Below the pieces are notes generated by a model. The model was not told the DNA's origin and did not search any database. It worked only from the letters and a program-made list of their open reading frames with translations. This document shows positions 1-11,650 of a stretch of DNA of 64,000 nucleotides, piece after piece. Made by a program: the position numbers and the translations under genes. This DNA is from Botryllus schlosseri (lineage: Eukaryota), in contig CM119378.1 in assembly GCA_051294905.1 (NCBI GenBank), positions 15,438,001 to 15,502,000 on the forward strand. The letters run 5' to 3'. The number at the start of each line of letters is the position of its first letter. Position 1 is the first letter of the stretch.

Positions 1-963
1 CTCCTTCATTATTAGCGTCGCGTTTTGCCGATGCCGTTGTCGGAAATAGACAGATAAGAGTTTGGGTGCGAAAGGTAACCCTGCGACAGTTGAAATTCTT
101 CGAATTCTTTCATTGTCAACTTTACTGTTGAAATGGCTTGTTCAAGTGTTCATCCGTCGTAATGCGTACAGTGAATTAGCATGGAAATCACTTTGCGATT
201 CGATATGACTGAGGCGTACACGCTTCAAATGACTCTTTATAGACGCGAGGGAATTATCGTGTTAGAGAAATTCTCGTTGATTCCGCTCGGTAACACGATT
301 AGCTCTTTTATCTTCTATTTAATCGGACAAGGAACTATGTATATCTGATAGTTGTGCCATTTGCAATAACAAGACTGCTCGGGACGTATCTCAGTGTGGC
401 GACCTTGTAATTATCCGAAGTCTGTAAATACCAGACGCCGTGGAAAATATGTGCCTAATTCGACCTAAATGTAATTTATTTTCGTTTGATATCACGATGA
501 AAAATTTTGCTACATAACGACGAGGGATCTTTGAACTACACGCTCATAAATCATAGCCATATGCGGCTCAGATTATGTTCAAGATAGCGTCACCGCCAGG
601 TGGTAATCACAAAGGCTGTGAGATGTCATTTGGGGAGATATTTAGATTGCTGTCAATCTAGTCTCGGTAGTTAGAAGGAGAAACGGACGGACGCTTGATA
701 AACACTGTTCCGAATGGGGCAAATTGGAAGAGGTGAAATCGTAGCTGGCTATTACGCTATATTTATACCATGCATCAATACATTTCACTTTAATACCGTT
801 GACATCTATTGATGTCAATCAGTGGTGTTGAAGTAGTCGTGGATTTGCGCTTAAACTAGTATTACTGTCAAGAATTTGAGTACCAGACAATTCACAATGT
901 CGTGTAGATTTGAGTCCCGGGCCACGCGCATGCCGTCGTAAGCCGGCTGGCCAAATATTTGAG

Positions 964-1849
964 GGCGTTTGAAAGGTTAAGCTGATTCGAAGAATGAGCT
1001 AGGTAAACGTAAGCGGATTAATGCAATATGCGTTTCCATCATAATACAACAGGATCTAGTGGCTTTTGATGACTTCATTGATTATTCAAAGGCCCGGTAC
1101 ATTTGAGTGCTAATAGGCTACCACACAAAGTCTGTAACAGGCATGAAATGTCTCTGGATTGGAAGTCTACAATGAACCTGGCCGAGACGGTTCCTCCATA
1201 ACAAATTGCAGAGTAACATGTTCAAATGCATGGGGCGATGGACGATCGTGGATAGCTTCCAGCACGCTACTTTAGTGTTTCATACCAGGCATGGCACGAT
1301 TACTGCACCAATGTAATCGATTACGATTACTTCTGAAATGCATGATTACGATTACAGTAAAATCTTGCTGTAGTGTAGTCCAATACGATTACAGAGAATA
1401 GTATAGTCATCGGCGTTTGAAAGGTTAGGCTGATTCGAAGAATGAGCTAGGTAAACGTAAGCGGATTAATGCAATATGCGTTTCCATCATCATAATACAA
1501 CAGGATCTAGTGGCTTTTGATGACTTCATTGATTATTCAAAGGCCCGGTACATTTGAGTGCTAATAGGCTACCACACAAAGTCTGTAACAGGCATGAAAT
1601 GTCTCTGGAAGTCTACAATGAACCTGGCCGAGACGGTTCCTCCATAACAAATTGCAGAGTAACATGTTCAAATGCATGGGGCGATGGACGATCGTGGATA
1701 GCTTCCACCACGCTACTTTAGTGTTTCATACCAGGCATGGCACGATTACTGCACCAATGTAATCGATTACGATTACTTCTGAAACGCACGATTACGATTA
1801 CAGTAAAATCTGGCTGTAGTCGAATACGATTACATGGAATAGTATAGTC
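964..1849. repeat. Recent tandem duplication, two ~440-450 bp units (964-1411, 1412-1849)
   Basis: GGCGTTTGAAAGGTTA(A/G)GCTGATTCGAAGAATGAGC starts at 964 and 1412. The units are colinear and differ by a few substitutions and small indels (e.g. ttccatcataatac vs ttccatcatcataatac). Confidence 0.95.
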
Positions 1850-1905
1850 GTGATCATTCACGAATCGATTGCATTTATTGCTTCATTTAATGTAATCCAA
1901 GCCCT
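1732..1905. mobile_element. Short MITE-like element with (C)GATTAC subterminal arrays
   Basis: Imperfect terminal inverted motifs CAGGCATGG ... CCAAGCCCT enclose repeated GATTAC/GTAATC units. A truncated copy ends the first duplication unit (~1285-1410). No clear TSD. Confidence 0.4.
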
Positions 1906-2493
1906 CAGCGGATATTCGAAGACAATACGGTTGAGTTAAGGATGCATCATGAGATGATTTTTTTTTCTTAAATAGTCGCGTCATTTGCTTGTTGCGTGAC
2001 AATACATACGAAGTAGAACTTCATCTCAGACAACTTGACGCTACCAATAATTTGCTTTCTAGCTACTATCAGATATCAGTACGTAGAGGTATTATTATTA
2101 TTATTTTCAGACATTGGAGTGGTACTTATTGTCAAAATCATCCACTGACATGTCTACGTCAGTAGTAAATCTCAAACTGCGGCACCAAATTATTTCAAAA
2201 TCGGATTGTAGGTAGCACACCCTGGCTCTTCATTAGGGCTGTTCAAAAATAACTTTTTTTCTGGACTCCAGCCATTCAGTCATTAAATTGTCAGGTTACC
2301 CTAAAAAACCCTGCACACCAAATTTGGTTCAATTCTAACAAGTATAGGGCTCCGCAGATCCAATTAAAAAATTTTAATTTAAACAGGAAAATTAAAAATA
2401 AATTTCAAATTTTTCTGTCAACCCCATGAAATTGTTGAGCTGTCTTCAGAGATGATGCAAAACAAATTAGACTCAATTCCAACTAGTAGAAGC

Positions 2494-2584
2494 GGAGTTA
2501 TTAGAGTTTTTCGTTGATAATTCTCGGATTATCCACCAATCAAGGAAAATCCGAGAATTATCAACGAAAAACTTCAATAACTCC
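2494..2584. repeat. Inverted repeat (37-bp arms, ~17-bp loop)
   Basis: GGAGTTATTAGAGTTTTTCGTTGATAATTCTCGGATT pairs with AATCCGAGAATTATCAACGAAAAACTTCAATAACTCC with 2 mismatches. Confidence 0.9.
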
Positions 2585-3559
2585 ATGTGCCTAATAGCAA
2601 TGAAACGAAGTGTCCATCATTGTAGGGCTTACATTGCTGATAGTACAGTTTCACTCATACAGCGCCATGTTTCAGTTTGGATCGGACAAAAGGGGGGAAT
2701 GGTAAGAGCGAATTATAGCAGGGTTGGTGTACGTCTGCAGAACAGGTCACATATGGAGGTATATTCTTTCCTATGATTTCTCTGTATAATAGGTCTGGTC
2801 CTAAAAATATTTCTTTTCAAATTTCACTGGCGTTGTTCATAACTTCTTAGGTTGCCTAAACCAACTCTGCACACCAAATGTCGCTCAATTCCAACCCGCG
2901 TAACATAGGACGAATTATAATTCGAAATTTCAACCATTTTATAAAGAATATATATATATTAACGGTGGCGAATTTCGTCACATCGCCATCACTTCACATC
3001 GTTTTCCAAGGATGTCCGAAGAAGAATGATACTTTTTTCGTGCGTTTTCATCTTGAAAAGGGCCTGTGACAAAGTTTGGTTAAGGACATTGCAAATCAAT
3101 GAACAAAATGATGACACTGATTCGCTGGAGATTTGTCAACTGCATTGGGATAAACTCGGTAAAACGACGACGTCAAGCTGGTGTCATCGATTTGGTTTTG
3201 GGAAGATGGATAAGGATATCCCCAATTGCAAATAAATTTCTTATATATTTTATTCATGGCGTTTCCAAGGGCCTTGGTGAAATCGGAAATTGTAGCAGCA
3301 GCCATCAGAGATGGTTTTTGTGATTCGATTGGATGATCGATTACCAATCAAAATTCTTGGCATCTTTTAATATTCAAATTGCTATACGAACAGCTTGTGT
3401 ACGAGACTTTTTCGTCTACGTAGAAACCAACCCCACGATCGGACTTTTGAGCCGGCTATATTTGAAATTGTAATCTTGAAGGTTCACATTATTTTTGATC
3501 GCCACAAAGTTAGGTTTGCTGTTCAGGGCAATAAGAAGGTTTCTATAGTTCACCATTTG

Positions 3560-3780
3560 CATCCCGTGTATTGCCCGATATGCGGGAAGAATATCTCCCA
3601 TAAATTAAACTTGAGAAAGCATGTGCTCGGACACTATACGAAGTAACTAAGTACAATTGTTCAGTTTATGGTCACAAGTTTACCGCAAAAAAATGGTTTG
3701 GAATATCACATGAATGGTCAAGAGAACTTTCGAACTGAAATAGGTACGATTCTGAGGTGTGCGGAAAATGTCTACTACCA
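3560..3780 (+). pseudogene. Degenerate C2H2 zinc-finger array (three fingers)
   Basis: Finger 1 is intact: CPICGKNISHKLNLRKHVLGH (C-x2-C-x12-H-x3-H). After a frameshift, finger 2 reads YNCSVYGHKFT..KNGLEYHMNGQ (Cys->Tyr, His->Gln). Finger 3 begins RYDSEVCGKC (Cys->Ser). Confidence 0.6.
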
Positions 3781-3882
3781 AGACGGCAAGCTACGGAATA
3801 AAAAGGAATGAGATTGGCTTGGTGTGAATGACCATAGCAGTCGACAAACACCATGAATACCACAAACAACAAGAACAACAAC
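3781..3882 (+). mobile_element. 3' fragment of the tRNA-SINE family seen at 8864-9144
   Basis: GGTGTGAATGACCATAGCAGTCGACAAACACCATGAATACC plus an A/C-rich tail matches the 3' ends of the copies at 8864-9144 and 61523-61740. Confidence 0.65.
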
Positions 3883-6800
3883 ATGATGAAGTTGCGACCC
3901 TGTGATATTCGAATTAGTGTACTCCTAATTTTGATAGACTGTGTGGATATTATTGGTTACGACACAATCAGTGAGCATTGAGCAATTGGCAATGATGTAA
4001 TAATGAGCAGAGATATTCACAAATCCGACGCTCCATCTGTAAATAATTTGTTACACATTTGCTTGATCAGTTTATAGGATGGTCCTCGCAAAACTGAAAA
4101 GCTTTGTAATCGTCCTTTTGCAAGCAATCGATGCTGTATCAATTTTGTAGGATAATAATCGGGGTTTCATAATATCGCATCCTATAAGGCAAAATTTGTA
4201 CCCACACTTCGTTGTTCTGCTTATATCGATAATTGTAGGAACGACATCAATATATTTGATTCAAGATTGCATGGTTCCATCCAATAGTGGGGACTACTGT
4301 ATGGAAACGTGAAATTTGAGTTAACATCTGATAAGCTTTTGTACTTCCATCGCTAAATTAAGTACCAAGATGCTCATGTGTTATGTAAATTAATTTCATA
4401 GTTTGCTGATCTGGCATTTGGCCATCTGCAATTCAAGGAATCACAACTCGAAACATTCTTAATCCTATCACACCAACACAAACACTCCCCGATATCTTCT
4501 TCGGTTGAGTAAACCCCACTTTCTCGAACACCCATCCACATCATACTTTCGTCAGGGTTCCGCACATCAAATAATACCTTTTTGATACAAAAGTATTCAG
4601 ATGTAGGCGGCTCCATATCTCATCACTCTGAAGTTGAAGATGAATTATGTAACAGGTTGAAGGTAACAAACAACCATGACAGGCCGGCATGAAGTTTGAC
4701 GTCATAGACACGCGTTTCGTGATAACAAAAATCTATTGAGCGCATATATCACGGAATGGACTTCGCGTCGAGTACCCTTCCGCGTTTTGAGTTGATGTCG
4801 GCGACTTCGAGCATGTTGTTTACAGCGGATGACCCACACGCTCATATCAGACCCACACGACCACGGCCATTTATCAATCCTACAGCGCGCTTGACGACGG
4901 ACGTCCACATCGGGCGTACCTTCTGACGAGAAGTCTCTATAAAAGCGACGACTGATCCGAGGTAACGTCTTCAAACGTGATGCGGGCTCATTGCGAATCA
5001 CATATTATTCCTCATACTTTTCCAATCGTGTCTGTCAATCTGTCAGCACATTCCTTGCGAGCGGATAAAAACTTTACTCGCGCAGGGTGAAGTCTACGCA
5101 CGCATCATCATCAGTATTAATCTGGTTGACGCTGGATGGCGAACGGTGCGTTTTTCTTCTTAAACGGCTTAACCGAAGTCAATTTATCACCTGCTTTGCA
5201 GGCTAAATAGAAGATACGCGGGGCCTCCCGCGTTGCTGTGATTCCCTCTGATAGATAGGTCGTAATGTTGTAGTGGAATGATTGACGGAGTATTCTCGAC
5301 GTGAAGCGAGCAGCATTTGACTAAGAGCCATCCCTCACATGTGCCTACAATGGAAAATCTCTTTGAAATCTTGTCCGGCAATTTGGTATGACGCCATCTG
5401 AGTAGGTAATGGAGTAGGTCTGTTGCGATATCGCGCCCAATCCGTCATTCATTATTCCAATTCGGTCATGCCATTCAAGTTAGTTTGTTTCATTTTGATA
5501 CACTTCGAGGATACTTGAAATGCTTTCTCGTGTTGAAAAATGTCAAATATTACAGCGCGGTATTGATGCCGGATATTAAACGATCATGTGCCACCTGTTG
5601 TAGCCAGGTTGCAGGGATACTTATATGCCATACTGGTTATCATAACATTTTGTATTCATTTCCAAAATTTGCACTGGGAAGATTACAAAACCGGCAATAT
5701 CGCGCAGTACGAACGGTAAATCAACCACTAGTCGGTCTTTTTTACGGAATTATTATTTCTTAATATTGCCCGGGCCATCTAGTCATTCCTATTGACACGG
5801 GTGGGGTTTATGTTGATGTATATATGACCCTTTGTTGACCGTTCTGTGACTGATCAATCAACGTATAACAGTGAACTGATGGTCGATTTACTAAATGTCA
5901 TGTTCTAATGAGAAAAGAAGACATATATATCACAATTAGGTCTTTTTGATATGATACTACAATTCATCACTGATAGTCTGTCATCGCAGCTTGATACAAG
6001 AGCGTTCCCTTTATTTGGTGCAATGGAAGGTCATATTCTTCCATAGAGACTTTCCAACCGGGGTAATAAATGTCTGCAACGCGTCAATTCGCGTCTAGGT
6101 TATGGTGGGGTCATCACATAGTCCCTGATGGCTGACAAGAGATTTGTTGACTGAATAATATATCATCCGTGTTGATAAGAATTCTATGCGCTTGCGTATA
6201 GAATCGTGTTTGCCCGGGCTATCTAAAGACCGCGGTCCGGCACTCCAATGCAGTGATGTAGATATATGCTCAACTAATTCTCGCTCATCGATAGAAATGA
6301 TTCGGCAAATCATTCATTACTGCGCGGAAGTGCAAACAGCAGTCTTATCGTATTTCAACTGACATATGTTCTCTTGACATATGTTCTTGAAATCGTGAGA
6401 AAATGTCTTTACGTCGCTCTTGATCGATGGGGGAGTCGGCTAACATGATTGTCGAGATAAGTATCCCGATCGGAGATGGAAGTGCGCGTATTCAGATGTG
6501 TACTTAGTCTTGACATGGACACACAAAAGACAAAGGAAGCTATCTGTCGCTGTCGTTATTGAAAGGTGAATGGAGCTCTCGTTTTAATTATAAATGGGCG
6601 CATTTCAAAACATGGACTTCCCGTGAAATATGATTGAAATGATTTCGCTTCGGATCCATACTCCGTGTGTGGTAACCAAACAACGCAATCTTGCTTGCGC
6701 GAAGTTTCATATCCGATCACTCTGTCAGATGAGCACCCCATATCGGGAAGTCGTGGTTCGTATGAGTCATGGAAGATCGTGTCCACCGTTAAGTGATAAG

Positions 6801-7423
6801 AACTGCCTGCAGATCATACTAATATTTTGCACGCTGCCAATGACATTTGACTGATGCCATTTCGATCATCATGATAAGCCGGGCAGTAAAAAATTCTAAT
6901 ACCCATATCCCGCAAAACACAATACGCAGAGACAAAATATTTTTGTTACTTATGCAGGAAGCGGTATCTTGATACTATATGCTAATACGCATTCGTATTG
7001 CATGTGTGGATTTTGGAATTCAGTCAAGGTCAGGTCACATATCGGCGTAAAGAAGCAAATATTGCCGGGTTTGAATCGGGCCAAGATTTTCCATTTCATA
7101 TGAGAAATTTCACTGCGAAAAATAGTGAGTTTGGACCATACAATTACGGTAAACTCCTTGGCGTTGACTGTAATAGATTACCAACATAACGTGGTCGTAT
7201 CCACCATTGCCTGTGCAAAAGTTACCCGTGTATATTCTTTATAAGCGAGAAGGTTAAAACTCACTTCAACTTCGTCCCCATATATTAGAAGAAAGGCAAA
7301 TCACATGCATGTTTTTAACTCAGTGAATCATTCACAAACCAGCGTTTTGATTCGGGTCGGAATCCAATATTGTTCCCTGTTTCATGCCCATGGAACACGC
7401 GTGTCGACCTTATAGCTTATGAC

Positions 7424-8434
7424 TAGGGCCATTTAAAGTCATTAAAGTCATATTTTTTTCTATGCAACAGTAAGTCGTGAAATCAATTTTAACGCAAAAA
7501 CCGCATCCATATGGGGTATATTAAGAAAGTTATAAAGTCATATAAAGTCATATTTTCCTGGTTAGGTCATATTTGAGTTATAAAGTCATATTGTTGTATA
7601 CTTTAAATAAAAAGTGCCAATTGAAGCAATTACGAACTAAGAAAGTAAGGAATTTCTGATTGAACGAAGGCAAACTGTAAGGTTAGCCTACATAACATTA
7701 CTGTCGCAGACCTATGAGTTCACACATTGCATTATGAGGTCACACATTGCATTGTGTTGCTGCACAATCTGTTTTTCTACTGTGCACTGAAGTGGGATGT
7801 CATTTAAAGTTCAGAGATTCCCACAAGTGAAAGAAATAGTCAACGCATGGGAAGCTGAAGGAGTTATTGTAAAGAGCGTCAAAGATTCAGTGAACGATCC
7901 AAAGTTGACGAGTCAGTTAACAGAAATATGCATACACTACAATATTTCAAACTTGATACTGAAAATGGAAAGTTGTACGTACACTATCAAAGACGCTCAT
8001 GCTGATCTAAATGCTCTCGATTTCGGAAAAGATCCGCTTGGGCTCAAAAATTACTTCAAGAAGCGATTGGACAAAAACGATGTGAAACAAATTATGGAGC
8101 TACCAAGACAAGACATTTCACCAGCGCTGTATGCAAAACCAACATCAGCGTCTGTGGAACGCTCATTTTCCTTACTAAAGTCATTTTTACGTCCAAATCG
8201 TAACTTAAAAGACTCCAATATTCCACACTACATGAAACTGTACTACAAAAATGGTTTAAAATAAAAATGGATGTGCATTACTGTTATGTTGTTCATGTTT
8301 TACTCGTCAGTTCCATGAGTGACGTTGGTTACGTGTAAAAATACACAATTTTCGCATAAAGTCATATAAAGTCATATTTTCCCAAAAATAAAGTCATATA
8401 ATTGATTTTTTAAGGTCATATAAAAATGGCCCTA
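7424..8434 (+). mobile_element. Internally deleted hAT DNA transposon (1011 bp)
   Basis: Perfect 11-bp TIR TAGGGCCATTT/AAATGGCCCTA; perfect 8-bp TSD CTTATGAC at 7416-7423 and 8435-8442; subterminal AAAGTCATA arrays at both ends; internal transposase C-terminal ORF. Confidence 0.95.
7797..8264 (+). pseudogene. hAT transposase C-terminal (dimerisation) fragment, 155 aa open
   Basis: PTSASVERSFSLLKSFLRPNRNL...IPHYMKLYY matches the hAT C-terminal dimerisation signature (P-x-S-x-x-x-ER-x-FS). The ORF lies inside the TIR/TSD-defined element. Confidence 0.8.
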
Positions 8435-8863
8435 CTTATGACTCATCATAATCATCCAGCTACGACACAATCATTTGCAATGCAATGCAATCATTTGAAT
8501 GCCGGACAGTCTAATTTCTCCTATCCGGTTTCAACTATATAGAGGTGGTCAAAGTAGTCAGCAATACTACTCAAGTAGAAGTAGCGATTCCAAGATAAAC
8601 CTTGTACTTCAAGCAGAAGTAGAAAATGTAGGGGAGATGTGGTACCGATGGATCATCAATTGCACAATGATCTCTGGCCCCCAAATCTTCAGCCGATACG
8701 AGCAATTCTTTTGCTGGCTCAACATTTTGATACAAGCTATACCTACCGGACAGATATACATGAATATTTTCCCTTGGAAAAAATGTTTATGAACGTTCAA
8801 AATTTGTTGCTCGAGCGTATCATCGGCCCCCACCCGGTTGGTCGGAAGGAACACGACCTGGGG

Positions 8864-9144
8864 TGGCGAGATAGCGCAGTGGTATAATCCGCGGCTGTAA
8901 CACCAATGGGTTGCGGGTTCGAGTCCGACCGAGGTCGACTTCTTAGTTCCTATACCTAAGTGTTGGAGGTTTATCTAGGCTCCTCCTCGCCACCTCATCC
9001 GCGTAAGCCGTGTCATACAAAAAGCCTAGAAGTGGGCCGTGCTACAGGTCGGCAGATACGGAATCAGATATATTATAAACAATATCGGCCTGGTGTAAAT
9101 GACCATAGTTGTCGACACACACCATGAATACTACAAAACAAACA
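8864..9144 (+). mobile_element. Full-length tRNA-derived SINE with 14-bp TSD
   Basis: A box TAGCGCAGTGG (8872-8882), B box GGTTCGAGTCC (8916-8926), unique body, (CAAA)n tail; direct repeat AACACGACCTGGGG at 8850-8863 and 9145-9158. Confidence 0.95.
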
Positions 9145-10135
9145 AACACGACCTGGGGACCTATGAGACATACGCTCAAAAGCGTGAGCGAACATATTGA
9201 ATTTCAATGCTAAGGCGCGAACTTGCTATATGATATTCTTGCTTCTCCAAATACCATGCATGTCGAGGTAATGTTCGCATCTAGACTCGGGTAAATAGCA
9301 CTTAAACTGGAAATGTTGACTGTCATCAACTGTCAGGAGAGTGAGTTTGACACCGTCCAATGCAATCCAAACATGATTGCAGATTTTATGATCTCAAACA
9401 TATGCAAATCACCATTTCAAGCAGCTTGAATCCAGAAAAATATACCGCAATCGACATATATTTTCCCAAGAGGAGAATTTAGAGTTTAGACCATTAGTGA
9501 GTACCACGTGTCATTGATCGAGCGATCCCATCCGCGGTTATCTTGTATGGTCTTGTTAGATGTCGTGTAATATCCAAAGTTACCGGAAGATATGGATTTT
9601 ACGTCTGTTAACTGAGTAACGCTTACACGAATTACCTGGTTTCCGTTTTCTATCTTCCAATTGGAACTCGATTGGAAAACTAACGCACCGGCCTTTGTGG
9701 CATTTGCATTAGTGAGAGCATAAAACGTGTTTGGTTCGACGTATGATGGTCGGAAATTCGGATTTCAATCATGAAGAGACCAGATAGTATCGAAACTGAA
9801 TCATCTGTCATACATATGTAACTTCCCCGTTAATTTTTGCTCTAAAGTGATTTTTATCGAAATTGGGCCCGTGTGTGAGTACAGTAGAGCAAGTATTCGA
9901 GTCTCACTCATTATGACGTTGTATGAATATGAAACAAGGGGGAGGGTCAAATATATACCTTTTATGCTACAACTTGTAAGAAAATATTGCCAGTCGTAAA
10001 CTACATTACAGATAATGAATAGATAGATAACTAACCTACGGATAGGTAATACGCAGCGCCCGTCGTCACGCTTGCTTGCCCTGAAGATTTTTATTGCTCA
10101 TCAATCTAAAAGAAACATAATTGCTAGTCCGATAG

Positions 10136-10480
10136 CCGGCGATCCGAGAGCTCAAATTAACTAAAGTTGATCTTATTTCAAAGCTACTGTCGCGCTGATT
10201 CCGAAAATATTCATTAAAATATCATCAGGGTAATGGAACATCCCCGAAATAGCCTTCGAAATATCAAAATCGGCATTGTTCTAAACAATCGCAACGAAGA
10301 AGCAACAATGACCTTTGCGTGGTTCCCATTGCTCAGAACAATGCGAATTATCAGACTTTGGGGTGTATTTCGAAGGGGTTCCATTGCCCCGATCAGATTT
10401 TTATGTATAATTTCAGAAGCAGCACGACAGTAGCTTTTAAATAAGATCAACTTTTTTAATTTTAGCGCTGGGGTCGCCAG
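10136..10480. mobile_element. MITE-like element with ~85-bp imperfect terminal inverted repeats
   Basis: 10136-10222 (..AAAGTTGATCTTATTTCAAAGCTACTGTCGCGCTG..) is the reverse complement of ~10395-10480 (..CAGCACGACAGTAGCTTTTAAATAAGATCAACTTT..). Confidence 0.75.
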
Positions 10481-10829
10481 TAAGTTATTAATATATTCGA
10501 TCATGACTATTTCAATTAGTTATGTAACAATGCTGTGGTTTGATCACAAATTCACAGAAATTTCATTTGCATTAATGATACGTGATATGCTGTGATGCCA
10601 CCAACCGATGCTTCACGGCTGCCATGGTAAGAAAAAGTATATAAATTTGCATTCCCGTTGATAAATAACTGCTGGTGGACAGGGGTGTGTAATTTCAGTA
10701 GCCTACTAACAAAAATATCATTTCTCACCACTCGACTCGAATGATAAAAATTAATTCTGAATATCTTATATTTATAGCGGCAATCCGCTATGACTCATGA
10801 ACAAAAATAGCGCGAAAACAATTAGACCT

Positions 10830-11650
10830 TCATCTCGGCAAGTCTAACCCGGTTTCAATAACCACGCATGTCCATTTGTCCATGTCCAATCCCAAGTCCA
10901 GGTCACGAATTGAAGTCAGAAATTTCGAACTGATTTCCATCCTATGTACAATATCCAAAGTTTCAACGAGATAGAATGGATATACAGAGCGCATAGTGAA
11001 ATGTATGCAGAATGTAGATGTCTTTTTCATTCCGTGAAAAACTCTACAGTCAACAAACAGGTCAAGGCAAATGCCTTTTTCGAATACGAAAGAGCCATGA
11101 CCATTATATTAGATGTTTCGTCGCATATTCGGATTACAGTGACCTCGCAAAAAACGGAGCAACCTTAATTTCGCTTGTGCTTCGAATGGATTGGTATATA
11201 CTGTCTAATATCCAGGAAATTGAACGAATATAATAAAACTGACACGACGACAGTGAAAACTACTTACGCTTATTTGTATACATAATATATTTTAAAACAA
11301 TATATTTCAATCATCTTGGGCAGCAGAACCGATAACCCTTCTATAGGTTCTATAGGTGTACCGGATTAATCTTGTTGGTAATTTTGTTGATTAAATGATA
11401 CTGGGATATAACGAGTAAATAAGCTCTATCGCTACTATTCGTCAAATGCTCCTCATATAAGTTCGAAGTCAATTTACTTTGTTTCGCCGAATTTTCAAAT
11501 GTGAACAATTTGACGTCACTATGAATAATGTCGGACTGTATTTTGGCGCTTTCGGGATTGAAGAGTATAATAGAAAGTAAACCCTGACCTTCTGGCCAAG
11601 ATTTTTCTTTAGTTTTATTTGATCCTATGTGTTTCGGTATCACTAATCGC
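10830..11650 (-). mobile_element. Degenerate non-LTR retrotransposon reverse-transcriptase remnant
   Basis: The minus-strand peptide QGLLSIILFNPESAKIQSDIIHSDVKLF resembles the RT motif QGxxLSPxLFNxYxxD...HSxVxLFADD. The downstream RDLDLGLDMDKWTCVVI resembles the following RT segment. Heavily decayed. Confidence 0.4.

Noticed and set aside
8639-8850. Tc1/mariner transposase remnant (DLWPPNLQPI resembling WPPxSPDLNPI)
   Set aside because: Single short degenerate motif, no TIR pair or TA TSD; too weak to call.
8864-8935. tRNA genes (also 18790-18856 and 35580-35648 on the minus strand)
   Set aside because: A and B boxes are present, but the acceptor stems do not close and each runs into a repeated body and tail; one has a TSD. 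These are SINE heads.
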